Counted from the whole stretch's first letter, positions 37,358-46,679 are shown. The stretch is DNA of 63,088 bases, filler included, from 6 parts of 6 records of this genome joined end to end with filler, not necessarily neighbours in it, one strand, 5' to 3'. Made by a program: numbers and translations. Notes: generated by a model from the sequence alone, not told the origin.

Positions 37358-39043
37358 TTGATCCGTCCAAAAATTATTTTTATAGCTCAGAATCAGCCCC
37401 TGAACAATCATATCCAGTTGAGTCAGAGGATAGCGGGCGCATCCGATAGGGCCGGCCGTCAGTCTCACCGGTTTCCGGACCTGAATCTTTCCGAAATGCA
37501 AGGGCAGGTGCATGAAAACACACTTGCTTCTCTACTGTTTATGGAGGAGCGGTATATGGATCTGCTGGATCTCATGAATTATGTGAAATCCGGTCGCCGC
37601 CCGGTGGAGATTACCCCCGAAAATGTATCCCGGCACTATTCACTGGCCAATACGGTAACTTTAAACGGCATTTACATGCATCAATACCTGACGGCCCATG
37701 GATACGACCCCTTTATCATTCAAAACTATGCCACCGGCGACCTGGAGGGGCTGCTTCAGGAATCACCCCTGGCGGTCTGCATCTCCTCAAATTTTATCTT
37801 GATGAACGATATCAAGATAATGGCCGAAAAAATCAAACATCTGGCGCCCCATGTTGCGGTCATTGCCGGCGGCATGCTGGTCAAAAAAGCCATGCACGCG
37901 GGGGAGAATCTCACAAAAGGGACCCTTAAATTCCTGTCCACCTTCCATAAAAAAGTGGATGCATTCGTTGTGGAAGCAAAGGGAGAGCAGACCCTTGTGA
38001 AACTGCTGAATGCCCTTGAAAACGGTGATGATTTAAGCGATGTACCCAACCTGGCCCATTTTGATGGAAAAGGGCGCGTGTTGTTTACCGCGCGGCTTGA
38101 AGAAGAGATTCACATGGACCGGACGGCCATTGACTGGCAAAAAATCCCCAAAACCTATCTGCGCCATACCCTTCCCGTCAACAGCAGCCGGGGATGCTAT
38201 TACCGGTGTCGTTTCTGTACTTACCACTGGTTGTTCCCAAAGGTGCATTACAGGTCCCTGGATGTCCTTCGGCGGGAACTGAAAGCCATCAACAGCTTGG
38301 GCTTCGTAAGGCACGTGCGGTTTACGGATGACAATTTCACCGCCAGAAGTGACCGGATTAAGGCGGTTCTTCATATGATGATCCATGAAAAATTCTCCTT
38401 TACCTGGTCGAGTTTTGCCCGCGCAAGCGCTTTGACACCCGAACTGGTGAAGCTGATGAAACAGTCGGGGTGTGAGTTTGTGGATCTGGGACTGGAGTCG
38501 GGAAGTCAGACCATCCTGGACAATATGGACAAACGCTTAAGCTGTCGGCAGTCTTTTGAAGCCATCCGCCTGCTCAATGATCATGGCATTATCAGCCGCG
38601 GCAGTTTCATTATCGGGTACCCCGGGGAAACGCGCGATACATTCTTAGAAACCATTGATTTTATTAATGATAGCGGCCTTCCCTATTATCAGCCATATCT
38701 TTTCTATTACACGGCAAACACCCTGGTGCACGAAGAACGGAAGGCACTGAATCTGAGGGGCCTCGGTCTTGCGTGGGCCCATGAAACCATGGATTCCGTG
38801 GAAGCATCCCGCCTCTTGATGAAAATGATTGAGCTGATCCCCGGAAGCTTTACCGATGGCCAATCCTATGTGGAAGAAATCTATAAAATGCTCAGGGGCG
38901 AAGGGTACAAAAGAAGGGAAATAGAGGTACTTTTCAGGTTGAAACGACAGTTGCAGCTGATCCTGAGGGAAGATCCTTCCGCCGGCCCTTCCACTCCGGA
39001 AATAGCGCTTACGCTTCGGAAAATGGGGGGGCTCATCAGATAA
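37358..39043 (+). CDS. B12-binding-domain-type radical SAM protein
   Basis: SRGCYYRCRFC (CxxxCxxC), FTDDNF, GLESGSQTILDNMDK, FIIGYPGET; N-terminal IAGG...GE.TL domain; GGAGG RBS with TTG start. Confidence 0.87.
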   Translation: MIRPKIIFIAQNQPLNNHIQLSQRIAGASDRAGRQSHRFPDLNLSEMQGQVHENTLASLLFMEERYMDLLDLMNYVKSGRRPVEITPENVSRHYSLANTVTLNGIYMHQYLTAHGYDPFIIQNYATGDLEGLLQESPLAVCISSNFILMNDIKIMAEKIKHLAPHVAVIAGGMLVKKAMHAGENLTKGTLKFLSTFHKKVDAFVVEAKGEQTLVKLLNALENGDDLSDVPNLAHFDGKGRVLFTARLEEEIHMDRTAIDWQKIPKTYLRHTLPVNSSRGCYYRCRFCTYHWLFPKVHYRSLDVLRRELKAINSLGFVRHVRFTDDNFTARSDRIKAVLHMMIHEKFSFTWSSFARASALTPELVKLMKQSGCEFVDLGLESGSQTILDNMDKRLSCRQSFEAIRLLNDHGIISRGSFIIGYPGETRDTFLETIDFINDSGLPYYQPYLFYYTANTLVHEERKALNLRGLGLAWAHETMDSVEASRLLMKMIELIPGSFTDGQSYVEEIYKMLRGEGYKRREIEVLFRLKRQLQLILREDPSAGPSTPEIALTLRKMGGLIR

Positions 39044-39915
39044 TGCACATCGGCATTCTCAGCGTGAGAGATGAAGCATACCACCCCAATCAAAGACTCA
39101 TGGCGGCGGCGGTTCAAATGGGACACAGGATTTCCCTTATCCATACGAGGGACTGCCTTTCCTGCATTCAAGACGACCAACCGAGCGTCAGATTGCCCCT
39201 GGCTGATTTGCCGGAGGTGCTTCTGCCGAGGGTGGGGGCGACCATCAATGATTACGCCCTGTCGGTGGTGAAGCATTTTGCCTTATCCGGATGCAGGGTG
39301 GTCAACGGCTTTGAATCGATCCTGTTGGCGCGCAACAAATTTTTGGGCCTTCAGCGCCTGGCAAAACAAGGGATCGGGGTTCCCGACACTTACCTGGTGG
39401 TAACACGAGACGGATTTGAAAGATCCGTGGAACAGTTGGGCGGATACCCGGTTGTGGCTAAAATGCCCAGCAGCCGGCAGGGCAACGGCGTCATGCTGGT
39501 TGAATCCCGGGCCACATCCTCTTTTGTCATGAACAATCTACAGGATAACACAAAGGGGATCCTGGTTCAGGAATATATGCCGCCCGAAGGGCGCACGGAT
39601 ATCCGCGTTTTTGTGCTGGGAGACCGGGTTTTAGGTGCCATGGCCTTGAAACCCGATCCAGGGGATTTCAGGACCAATATCCATATCACGGGGCAGGGGC
39701 GGATGCTGACCCTGAGCCCGGGGCTTTCGAAACTGGCTGTGCAGTCATCCCTTGCATTTGGCCTTGAAATCTCGGGTTGTGATATCATCCTTCAGGAAAA
39801 TGGGTCGCCTAAAGTGATTGAAGTCAATTATTCGCCGGGATTCAGGGGCCTCGAACACGCCACCGGCATGGATATTGCGCAGCAGATCATCCATTACGCA
39901 ACCGCAAAAGACTAA
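39043..39915 (+). CDS. RimK-family ATP-grasp ligase
   Basis: LPRVGA, ARNKF, GGYPVVAK, DIRVFVLG, DFRTN, EVNYSPGFRGLE. Confidence 0.88.
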   Translation: MHIGILSVRDEAYHPNQRLMAAAVQMGHRISLIHTRDCLSCIQDDQPSVRLPLADLPEVLLPRVGATINDYALSVVKHFALSGCRVVNGFESILLARNKFLGLQRLAKQGIGVPDTYLVVTRDGFERSVEQLGGYPVVAKMPSSRQGNGVMLVESRATSSFVMNNLQDNTKGILVQEYMPPEGRTDIRVFVLGDRVLGAMALKPDPGDFRTNIHITGQGRMLTLSPGLSKLAVQSSLAFGLEISGCDIILQENGSPKVIEVNYSPGFRGLEHATGMDIAQQIIHYATAKD

Positions 39916-39924
39916 GGAGCTTTC

Positions 39925-40908
39925 ATGCACATCGCTTTTTTGATGGATCCGCTTATTTCAATAGCCCCCGAAAATGAGAGTACCAGTCATCTCATGTATG
40001 AATGCAACCAGAGGGGACATACGGTCTATTTTCTGGAACCCCACGATATTTATATTCGGGAAAATGAAGTGGTGGCCAGGATGCGCAACATCTCGGTTGC
40101 GCCGGACCTGACCATGAAAAAGTACTGGAGAAGCCTGATTCAGTGTCTCAAGAAAGATGAACTCATATTTGAGACCATAGCGGATCTGGACGCCCTTTTT
40201 TTAAGGAAAAATCCGCCCCTGGTTTATCAAACCATGGAGTTCTTGTCGTCGGTCAGTGACAAAGTGTTTATGATCAACAACACGACGGGTCAAATCAAAG
40301 CCAACAGCAAGCTCTATATCCTTAATTTTCCGGAAATCATTCCCGAAACCCACGTGTCCCGCGACCCGGCACGCCTGAGGAAAATCATCAACAATTTCGG
40401 CGGCGCCATGGTGGTGAAGCCCCTTCAGCGGTATGGGGGGGAAGGGGTGATCAAAGTGAGCCTGAAAGACCAGGAAAATTTGAATTCCCTGATCAATTAC
40501 TATGTGAGGGCCTATCGGGCATACCCGGAGCGGGAACCGATCATGGTCCAGGAATACCTGGATGAAGTTCAGACAAAAGGAGACGTGCGGATTCTTCTGC
40601 TCAATGGGGAGATTGTCGGCGCCATGCGGCGAAAACCGAGCAAAGGAGATTTCAGGACCAATATCCATGCGGGCGCCCGGGCCTACAAACATGACATTAC
40701 CGATGACGATCGCGCCATCTGCCACGCCATCAGGGACAGCCTGAGAAAAGAGGGCCTCTTCTTTGTAGGGGTTGACGTCATCGGCAATAAGATGGTAGAA
40801 ATTAACTGCCTGAGCCCCGGAGGGATTCCGCGGATCAACCGTTTGGAGGGGGTAAAGATCGAAGCCATGGTGGTCGATTTCATCGAGCAGAAGGTTTCGG
40901 AACTGTAG
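39925..40908 (+). CDS. gshB: Glutathione synthase-like ATP-grasp protein
   Basis: IAFLMDP, FLRKNPP, VVKPL..YGGEG, GDVRILLLNG, DFRTNIHAG, FVGVDVIG, EINCLSPGG. Confidence 0.8.
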   Translation: MHIAFLMDPLISIAPENESTSHLMYECNQRGHTVYFLEPHDIYIRENEVVARMRNISVAPDLTMKKYWRSLIQCLKKDELIFETIADLDALFLRKNPPLVYQTMEFLSSVSDKVFMINNTTGQIKANSKLYILNFPEIIPETHVSRDPARLRKIINNFGGAMVVKPLQRYGGEGVIKVSLKDQENLNSLINYYVRAYRAYPEREPIMVQEYLDEVQTKGDVRILLLNGEIVGAMRRKPSKGDFRTNIHAGARAYKHDITDDDRAICHAIRDSLRKEGLFFVGVDVIGNKMVEINCLSPGGIPRINRLEGVKIEAMVVDFIEQKVSEL

Positions 40909-40970
40909 GGGCGGACCCCGTGTCGGCCCCGCCTTTGCTGGACATGCATTACGGGCGAATGGCCATTCGC
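40905..40970. repeat. Degenerate REP-like element (GTAG-type)
   Basis: GTAGGGGCGGACCCCGTGTCGGCCCC followed by GGGCGAATGGCCATTCGC; begins at the gshB stop. Confidence 0.45.
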
Positions 40971-41007
40971 TTTTAACCCAAAGATTCGACAGGAGAAAGG
41001 ATGACAA

Positions 41008-42744
41008 ATGCACCGTATGAATAGAGGTACAAACAGGTTGTCTGGTTCGTGGGTCATATCGATTTTGTGTGTTCTCATGCTAATGGTGAGCGTCCATGTT
41101 TCAGTTTCGAACGCTTCCGCCGCGGATATGCTCAAAATGGGCGTTTTGCAGGAACCCAAAACCCTGAATATCTGGAGAGCCGGGGATCGTTGGTCACTGA
41201 AAATCCTGGGGCTCATCTATCAACCCCTTTATGTGAGGGACCCCAAGACACTGGAGCTGGTTCCCTGGCTGGCGGCGGCGCCCCCCGAGTTGGATTCAAC
41301 AAATCTCTGCTACACCGTCAAACTGAGGCCCGCCAAGTGGTCGGACGGCACGGAATTGACATCCGAAGATGTGGCCTTCACCGGGCGTTTTATTCAGGAA
41401 TTCAAAGTGCCCAGATATATTTCCAAATGGAAGTTTATCAAAAAAATTGAAACCCCGGACAAACAAACCGTAAAGTTTTATCTGAAAAGTCCCCATGCCA
41501 TCTTTGTCTCCCGGACCCTCACCACGCCCATTGTGCAGAAAAAGCAATGGCAGGAAGTGATTACAAAAGCCAAGGGGACGGAAAAGCCCCTTCGAACGCT
41601 GTTGCGGCACAAGGTCAAGATGCCCATCGGCAGCGGCCCTTTCACGTTGAAGGACTGGCGGTCGGGCGCCTATATTTACCTGATGAAAAACAAGCTCTTT
41701 TTCGGCTCCGGTAAAACCCTCAGCGGCCACCTTTTAGGGCCTCACATAGACGGGATCATCTTCAAGGTCTACGGTACATCGGATGCCGCTATCCTGGCAC
41801 TGAAGAAGGGGAGCATCGATATGTTCTGGTGGGGAATCCAACCGGGATATATGGAAGACCTGAAAGCCAATCCCCAGATGGAGATCTTCACCAACGAAAA
41901 AAGCGCCCTCTATTACCTGGGGTTTAATGTGAGGAAACCACCCTTTAATGATGCCAACCTGCGGCGGGCCGCCGCAACCCTGGTGGGGGAAGACTTTATC
42001 ATCAAACGGATTCTCCAGGGGTATGGTTTGAAGATGTATTCCATTGTTCCCCCCGGTAACACCTTCTGGTACTGCCCGGATGTACCCAAGTACGGTGTGG
42101 GGCTCAGCCGGGAAGGCCGCATCAAAAAGGCTTACCAGATTCTCTCGGATGCCGGCTACACCTGGCAGATCCCCCCCATTGACAACTCGGGGAATGTGGT
42201 TAACGGTGAAGGGATCATGCTTCCCGATGGAAAACTCATGGGAAAATTCACTATCCTGACGCCACCGGCCGATTACGACCCCCACCGCGCCATGTGCGGC
42301 ATGATGATGCAGGAATGGCTCAGGATGCTCGGGATTCCCGCCTATTCCAAGCCCATGGCATTCGGGGCCCTCATTGAACAGGTAAAAGTGCGCAGGGATT
42401 TTGACGCATTCATCCTGGGATACGGCAGCCTCTCCCTGGATCCCGATTATCTCCGGAACTTTTTTATCTCAACAAACGACAAGACCAGAGGCTGGAACAT
42501 GAGCGGGTACAACAATCCGCAATTTGATAAAGTCGCGAACCGGTCCGCGCGGACCATGAACCGGGATGAACGGCGAAAGCTCATCTGGGAAATGCAAAAA
42601 ATCATCATGAATGATGTGCCCTACATGCCCCTGTACAATCCTAAGCTCATCGAGGCCGCCCGGAAAGGCAAATTTACGGGTTGGGTTCAAATGCTCGGCG
42701 GTATCGGCAACCTGTGGTCTTTCTGCCAGTTGAAACCACTCTAA
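41008..42744 (+). CDS. Peptide/nickel (family 5) ABC substrate-binding protein
   Basis: Signal peptide; LVPWLA, KWSDG.ELTSEDVAFT, PIGSGPF, YLGFNVRKPPFND.NLRRA, YNNPQFD. Confidence 0.9.
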   Translation: MHRMNRGTNRLSGSWVISILCVLMLMVSVHVSVSNASAADMLKMGVLQEPKTLNIWRAGDRWSLKILGLIYQPLYVRDPKTLELVPWLAAAPPELDSTNLCYTVKLRPAKWSDGTELTSEDVAFTGRFIQEFKVPRYISKWKFIKKIETPDKQTVKFYLKSPHAIFVSRTLTTPIVQKKQWQEVITKAKGTEKPLRTLLRHKVKMPIGSGPFTLKDWRSGAYIYLMKNKLFFGSGKTLSGHLLGPHIDGIIFKVYGTSDAAILALKKGSIDMFWWGIQPGYMEDLKANPQMEIFTNEKSALYYLGFNVRKPPFNDANLRRAAATLVGEDFIIKRILQGYGLKMYSIVPPGNTFWYCPDVPKYGVGLSREGRIKKAYQILSDAGYTWQIPPIDNSGNVVNGEGIMLPDGKLMGKFTILTPPADYDPHRAMCGMMMQEWLRMLGIPAYSKPMAFGALIEQVKVRRDFDAFILGYGSLSLDPDYLRNFFISTNDKTRGWNMSGYNNPQFDKVANRSARTMNRDERRKLIWEMQKIIMNDVPYMPLYNPKLIEAARKGKFTGWVQMLGGIGNLWSFCQLKPL

Positions 42745-42771
42745 AATTTGGTATTGGCCGTAAAGTGTTTT

Positions 42772-42800
42772 CTCGTTCCCGCGCGCCATCGCGGGAATGC
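42772..42800. repeat. REP-like palindrome between SBP and permease
   Basis: CTCGTTCCCGCG-CGCCAT-CGCGGGAATGC with an 8-bp stem. Confidence 0.5.
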
Positions 42801-42835
42801 CTTACACCCAACACCTTTTCGTCCGGTGAATTGCC

Positions 42836-42893
42836 ATGGAATTAAGAAAATATATTTCCCGCAGGCTGGTCCAGATCATCATCATTTTTTTTG
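42836..42893 (+). CDS. Peptide ABC permease (DppB-like), N-terminal fragment
   Basis: MELRKYISRRLVQIIIIFF resembles the DppB/OppB N-terminus; follows the SBP; truncated by contig end. Confidence 0.6.
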
Positions 42894-42993
42894 NNNNNNN
42901 NNNNNNNNNNNNNNNNNNNNNNNNNNNNNNNNNNNNNTTAATTAATTAANNNNNNNNNNNNNNNNNNNNNNNNNNNNNNNNNNNNNNNNNNNN
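42894..42993. other. Artificial contig spacer
   Basis: N44-TTAATTAATTAA-N44. Confidence 0.98.
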
Positions 42994-43047
42994 AACGAAT
43001 GCAAAAATGAATTAAGAAAAGATAGAATACTAATCAGGCTGGCCAGC

Positions 43048-43242
43048 CTATCCGCCAAAGACAACCTGCATTATCCGCACATTGTCATCAGTATTAAGAA
43101 CGGCATCTAATGGAATTATCTGGCCTTCACGGGATACGAGTACTTCACCCTGGCTTATATCAAGCTTATTCAGCAATTCTTCAACAGTGAGTGGTCCCAG
43201 GTCTATATCTTCGGTCTTGCCTGAAGGGAGTCTTATTTTCAT
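43048..43242 (-). CDS. MoaD/ThiS-family ubiquitin-like sulfur carrier (SAMP-like)
   Basis: 64 aa, TVEELL..L, C-terminal VVFGG; start at ATG 43242 rather than 43467. Confidence 0.87.
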   Translation of the reverse strand: MKIRLPSGKTEDIDLGPLTVEELLNKLDISQGEVLVSREGQIIPLDAVLNTDDNVRIMQVVFGG

Positions 43243-43291
43243 ACTGTAGCCTGTTGTTGTAATAATAAATAAAACAAGGGGTTTGAACTTT

Positions 43292-43460
43292 GGAAAATGT
43301 ACGTTTTTGGCGGGGTAAAGAATAACCCAACAGTTCTGAAGGAACCTGTTGGAAAAGACCACTGAAGCAGACAGGTCCGTCATTGGAATAAGAGTAGCTA
43401 CAAAGATGACATTGTAGCTACCCTGAATGGTGGTGTACGTTTTTCCATCACAATTGTGAA
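43292..43460 (-). ncRNA. Candidate structured sRNA or 5' leader upstream of the SAMP gene
   Basis: Three hairpins, flanking 11-nt direct repeats TGTACGTTTTT, minus-strand TATA-like TTTTAAATA at 43483-43491; strand not certain. Confidence 0.4.
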
Positions 43461-43654
43461 TGTGCATAGTATGTATTTGCGGTATTTAAAACTTGTCGTT
43501 CGTAGCGAGACTAACTGAATGTATTGTTATGCTAAATGCATTGATAGAACAAATATCACTAAAACAAATTCAGGTCAACATTGCAGTACTTCATTAAGAG
43601 CAAGACTATATTTATCTTCAATGAAATAATCCAGAATGGATCATATTGATACAT

Positions 43655-43726
43655 GGACCTGTAGTGTAGTGGATACCACTTAAGCCTCCGGAGCTTAGAA
43701 CCCGGGTTCGATTCCCGGCAGGTTCG
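43655..43726 (+). tRNA. tRNA-Arg(CCG)
   Basis: Acceptor GGACCTG/CAGGTTC plus G, D-arm, anticodon arm TAAGC-CTCCGGA-GCTTA, T-arm CCGGG-TTCGATT-CCCGG; no encoded CCA. Confidence 0.95.
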
Positions 43727-44214
43727 TAAAAATAAACAGTATATCCTGATATAGATTACATTTTTAAGAGATTTAGGAAGTGTAGTTAGAAAAGAGCGCC
43801 CATGTCCCTTTAGGCGCCCAGGTCTACACCAATGCATTTTTTAAGAGTAGTTTTGAGGTTCTCTAATGGGTTGTGGTACCCGGTGCATACTAGTGTTCTC
43901 TCATATTTAGCAGTGAGCAATGGAATCTATATAGATATCCGGAATGTTCTCCGTTTTTTCTGGCAAAATAGGGAATGTAAAGCAAAAAGAACAGACGTTT
44001 TTTATGTGCCAGCCAAAGATTGACGTTTTTCGGATAGGGTGCTGGCACATTTGTTGTTGGGATGGATACACCAACAATATTAAATTTGATGTATTAATAT
44101 AAAAATAGAATGTCGATGATTTTTAGTTTGATGAACATGGCTGCAAAAAGAAAACACTACGGTTTTTAATTACCAGTATGCAGCAAAAGAGTCGAAGATA
44201 ATATATTATTTTTA

Positions 44215-44374
44215 TCGTCTTTTTGGATCGTGCCGGTTTCACCAGAACCCTCCAGGACGTTTTGAGTATTCATGACTTTCGCTTAGTCATACTTATGTTT
44301 CCTGCAACCCTGTGTTTCTAATATCTCTACAAAAAGTCATCGATAAACAAAGAACAATGCAAGCATCCGTCGCA
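44215..44374 (+). repeat. Structured non-coding repeat, copy 1
   Basis: Aligns end-to-end with 44482-44642 (about 70% identity by hand alignment). Confidence 0.75.
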
Positions 44375-44481
44375 GGCGGCGCGTTCCTTTGCTACTGTCC
44401 TGATGGATATTGAAATTATGCAGTTAGTAAAATTACTGAGTTAAAAGTCGTGTTTAGAAGGATTTCTACAAAATAGTTTAT

Positions 44482-44642
44482 TCATCTTTTTCGGATCGCA
44501 CCGGCTTCGCTGGGTTCCTTCGGGATTATTAAAGTTATTCATGGCTTTCGATTAGTCGAGCTTAATGTTCCGTAGTCTTGCGTTTCTAATAGATATTCTA
44601 AAAAATGTTGACAAACAAAGATCAATGCTGCCATCTGTCACA
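44482..44642 (+). repeat. Structured non-coding repeat, copy 2
   Basis: Shares TCTTTTT.GGATCG, TATTCATG.CTTTCG.TTAGTC, GTTTCTAATA and AAACAAAGA.CAATGC blocks with copy 1. Confidence 0.75.
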
Positions 44643-44718
44643 TCATAAAAAAGCGCCAGCTTTATACATTCTCAATTTATACCCTCGACAAATTCATTAA
44701 AATATTTCTGGCGATCTC

Positions 44719-45681
44719 ATGAGTAAGAAGCACATAAACAAAGGAAAAAGAAAGACTCCTGAAAAGCAAAAAATGAATGTCAGATTACTGCCTCTGGCAC
44801 TTGGTGCTCTGCTTATGATCGCTGGAGTAATCGGAGTGATGAGTGGTTCAGATGAACAGGCAGAATGGTCTGTTTCAGAGGATGGGATACTTTCCTATTC
44901 ACAAATAGGAGAAGCACAATATTCCATAAGTGATGTTAGAACAAGTGAAGGGGAAGTTGCTGTCAGGACAGTTTCATTTGAAAGCAGGGATTCAGATATT
45001 GAAGGAATGATGAGAATACCCTCTTCCGATACAAGCGTACCCGGCGTTGTGGTGCTTCCCGGTGCAGGCATCTCTAAGGAAAAACAGACTGCTATTCCTG
45101 AATTACTTTTGGAGATGGGGTACGCATCCATAACAATTGACCAGAGGAACCTGGGGGGTATTGACATGCAGTCGGACATGGAACTTTTTATGATAGGAAA
45201 AGAGCCGGTGGAACACATGATGGTCCATGACGCACTGATGGCGGCTAGAGTACTTGGGGACCAGTCAGAAGTGGATGGGGAAAATATTGCAATGCTGGGA
45301 CTTAGCAACGGAGGCAGGTTTGCTATTATTGCAACGGCACTTGATCCGGACATTAAAGGTGTCGTAGCTATCAGCACAAGTGGCTATGACACTGACTCCA
45401 TAATTGTTAATGAATCAATAAACATGGAAGTTGAAGCATATAGGTTCTACAGGTCAATTGATCCGGATACCTATCTTGAAAAGATCGCGCCCCGCAGATT
45501 CATAATGCTGCATTCATTAAACGACAGCATCGTGCCATATGACCTTGCACTGCGCACATTCAGTAAAGCAGGTGAGCCAAAGGAGCTATACGCTATCAAT
45601 GGCAGTACCCACGGATATTCGCAGGCAATGGCAGATGATCTGCAACAGGAATTGGGAACTATCCTGAAATTATCCGAATAG
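44719..45681 (+). CDS. Membrane-anchored alpha/beta hydrolase
   Basis: N-terminal TM; VVLPGAG, GLSNGG nucleophile elbow, HSLNDSIVP, THG. Confidence 0.85.
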   Translation: MSKKHINKGKRKTPEKQKMNVRLLPLALGALLMIAGVIGVMSGSDEQAEWSVSEDGILSYSQIGEAQYSISDVRTSEGEVAVRTVSFESRDSDIEGMMRIPSSDTSVPGVVVLPGAGISKEKQTAIPELLLEMGYASITIDQRNLGGIDMQSDMELFMIGKEPVEHMMVHDALMAARVLGDQSEVDGENIAMLGLSNGGRFAIIATALDPDIKGVVAISTSGYDTDSIIVNESINMEVEAYRFYRSIDPDTYLEKIAPRRFIMLHSLNDSIVPYDLALRTFSKAGEPKELYAINGSTHGYSQAMADDLQQELGTILKLSE

Positions 45682-45695
45682 CGGATTTCAGGATA
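45660..45695. terminator. Inverted repeat spanning the convergent gene ends
   Basis: TATCCTGAAAT (45660-70) / ATTTCAGGATA (45685-95). Confidence 0.35.
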
Positions 45696-45837
45696 TTCTT
45701 ATGAATGCCTGGCCGCAGGAAGAGTAAAAACCATCTTTCTCTGATCTGGATACAATGTTTTCCTGTGATATTGAGGATGTTTCCTCATTTATTCTTAGAT
45801 TATTCCTGTCAGATGGGTTTTTTACTGAGATTGCCAA
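45688..45837 (-). CDS. Small 49-aa hypothetical protein (not in ORF track)
   Basis: GGAGGT RBS 7 nt before TTG; MAISVKNPSDRNNLRINEETSSISQENIVSRSEKDGFYSSCGQAFIRIS; AT-rich TATA-like region upstream. Confidence 0.55.
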   Translation of the reverse strand: MAISVKNPSDRNNLRINEETSSISQENIVSRSEKDGFYSSCGQAFIRIS

Positions 45838-46006
45838 GTTTTGTACCTCCGATTTGGATATAAATTACCAACTCGTCTTAATACATTGCAATATATATTT
45901 AAATTATATATAATTATGGATATTGTCTCCTCACTGAGTATATATTAGAGAAATTTGATACTAGGGACTAGAAATTAAACTCAATTAAATAGCGAATTTG
46001 ATACAT

Positions 46007-46672
46007 ATGAACATAAAGGGCATTATCTTTGACATGGACAACACTCTCTTTGATTTTGTCGAGGCAAAGATGCTAGCATGCAGCGAAATAATTACATTTT
46101 TAGGATCCGGTGATCCGGATGAACTATTCCGGTATTTCCGCCGAGGTATACGTGGCTTTGAGAATCCTGAAAATATCAGGGACTACATGCTGGACACAGG
46201 GATATCTGAGCTTGACAAATATGATAACTGCGTGAGTATATATGAAACTGAGAAAATAAAGCATATCAGACTTTACCCATATGTTGAAGAAACCCTCATT
46301 GAGCTAAACGAAATGGGACTGGTAATGGGGATACTAACCGACGCCAACAGTCATAATGCAAGGATAAGGCTTGAAAAGACAGGTATCAATAGATTTATGC
46401 ATTCACTTACTGCTTTTGACATGACAGGAATGAAGAAACCCTCGCATGAACCTTTTATACATGCCCTTAATACAATGAGCCTTGTAGCCGCTGAAACCCT
46501 TTTTGTTGGTGACAGCCTGAGAAGGGACATCCAGCCATCAAAACAACTTGGTATGCTGACCGCTTACGCAGCTTATGGTGACCGCAACAGTGTCGTGGAC
46601 AGTACGACAACAGAAAGACCGGATCACACGATAAACAGCTTCAGGGAAATACTTGAAATCATACTGGAATAA
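46007..46672 (+). CDS. HAD-superfamily hydrolase
   Basis: IIFDMDNTLFD, GILTD, KKP, FVGDSLRRDI. Confidence 0.9.
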   Translation: MNIKGIIFDMDNTLFDFVEAKMLACSEIITFLGSGDPDELFRYFRRGIRGFENPENIRDYMLDTGISELDKYDNCVSIYETEKIKHIRLYPYVEETLIELNEMGLVMGILTDANSHNARIRLEKTGINRFMHSLTAFDMTGMKKPSHEPFIHALNTMSLVAAETLFVGDSLRRDIQPSKQLGMLTAYAAYGDRNSVVDSTTTERPDHTINSFREILEIILE

Positions 46673-46679
46673 AGTGAAA

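Noticed and set aside
43243-43467. 139-aa version of the MoaD/ThiS ORF
   Set aside because: The ubiquitin-like fold starts at 43242; the upstream part is hairpin-rich and looks non-coding
44215-44642. CRISPR array or integron attC sites
   Set aside because: Only two long diverged copies, no short repeat-spacer periodicity, no cas or intI genes, and no canonical RYYYAAC/GTTRRRY pair
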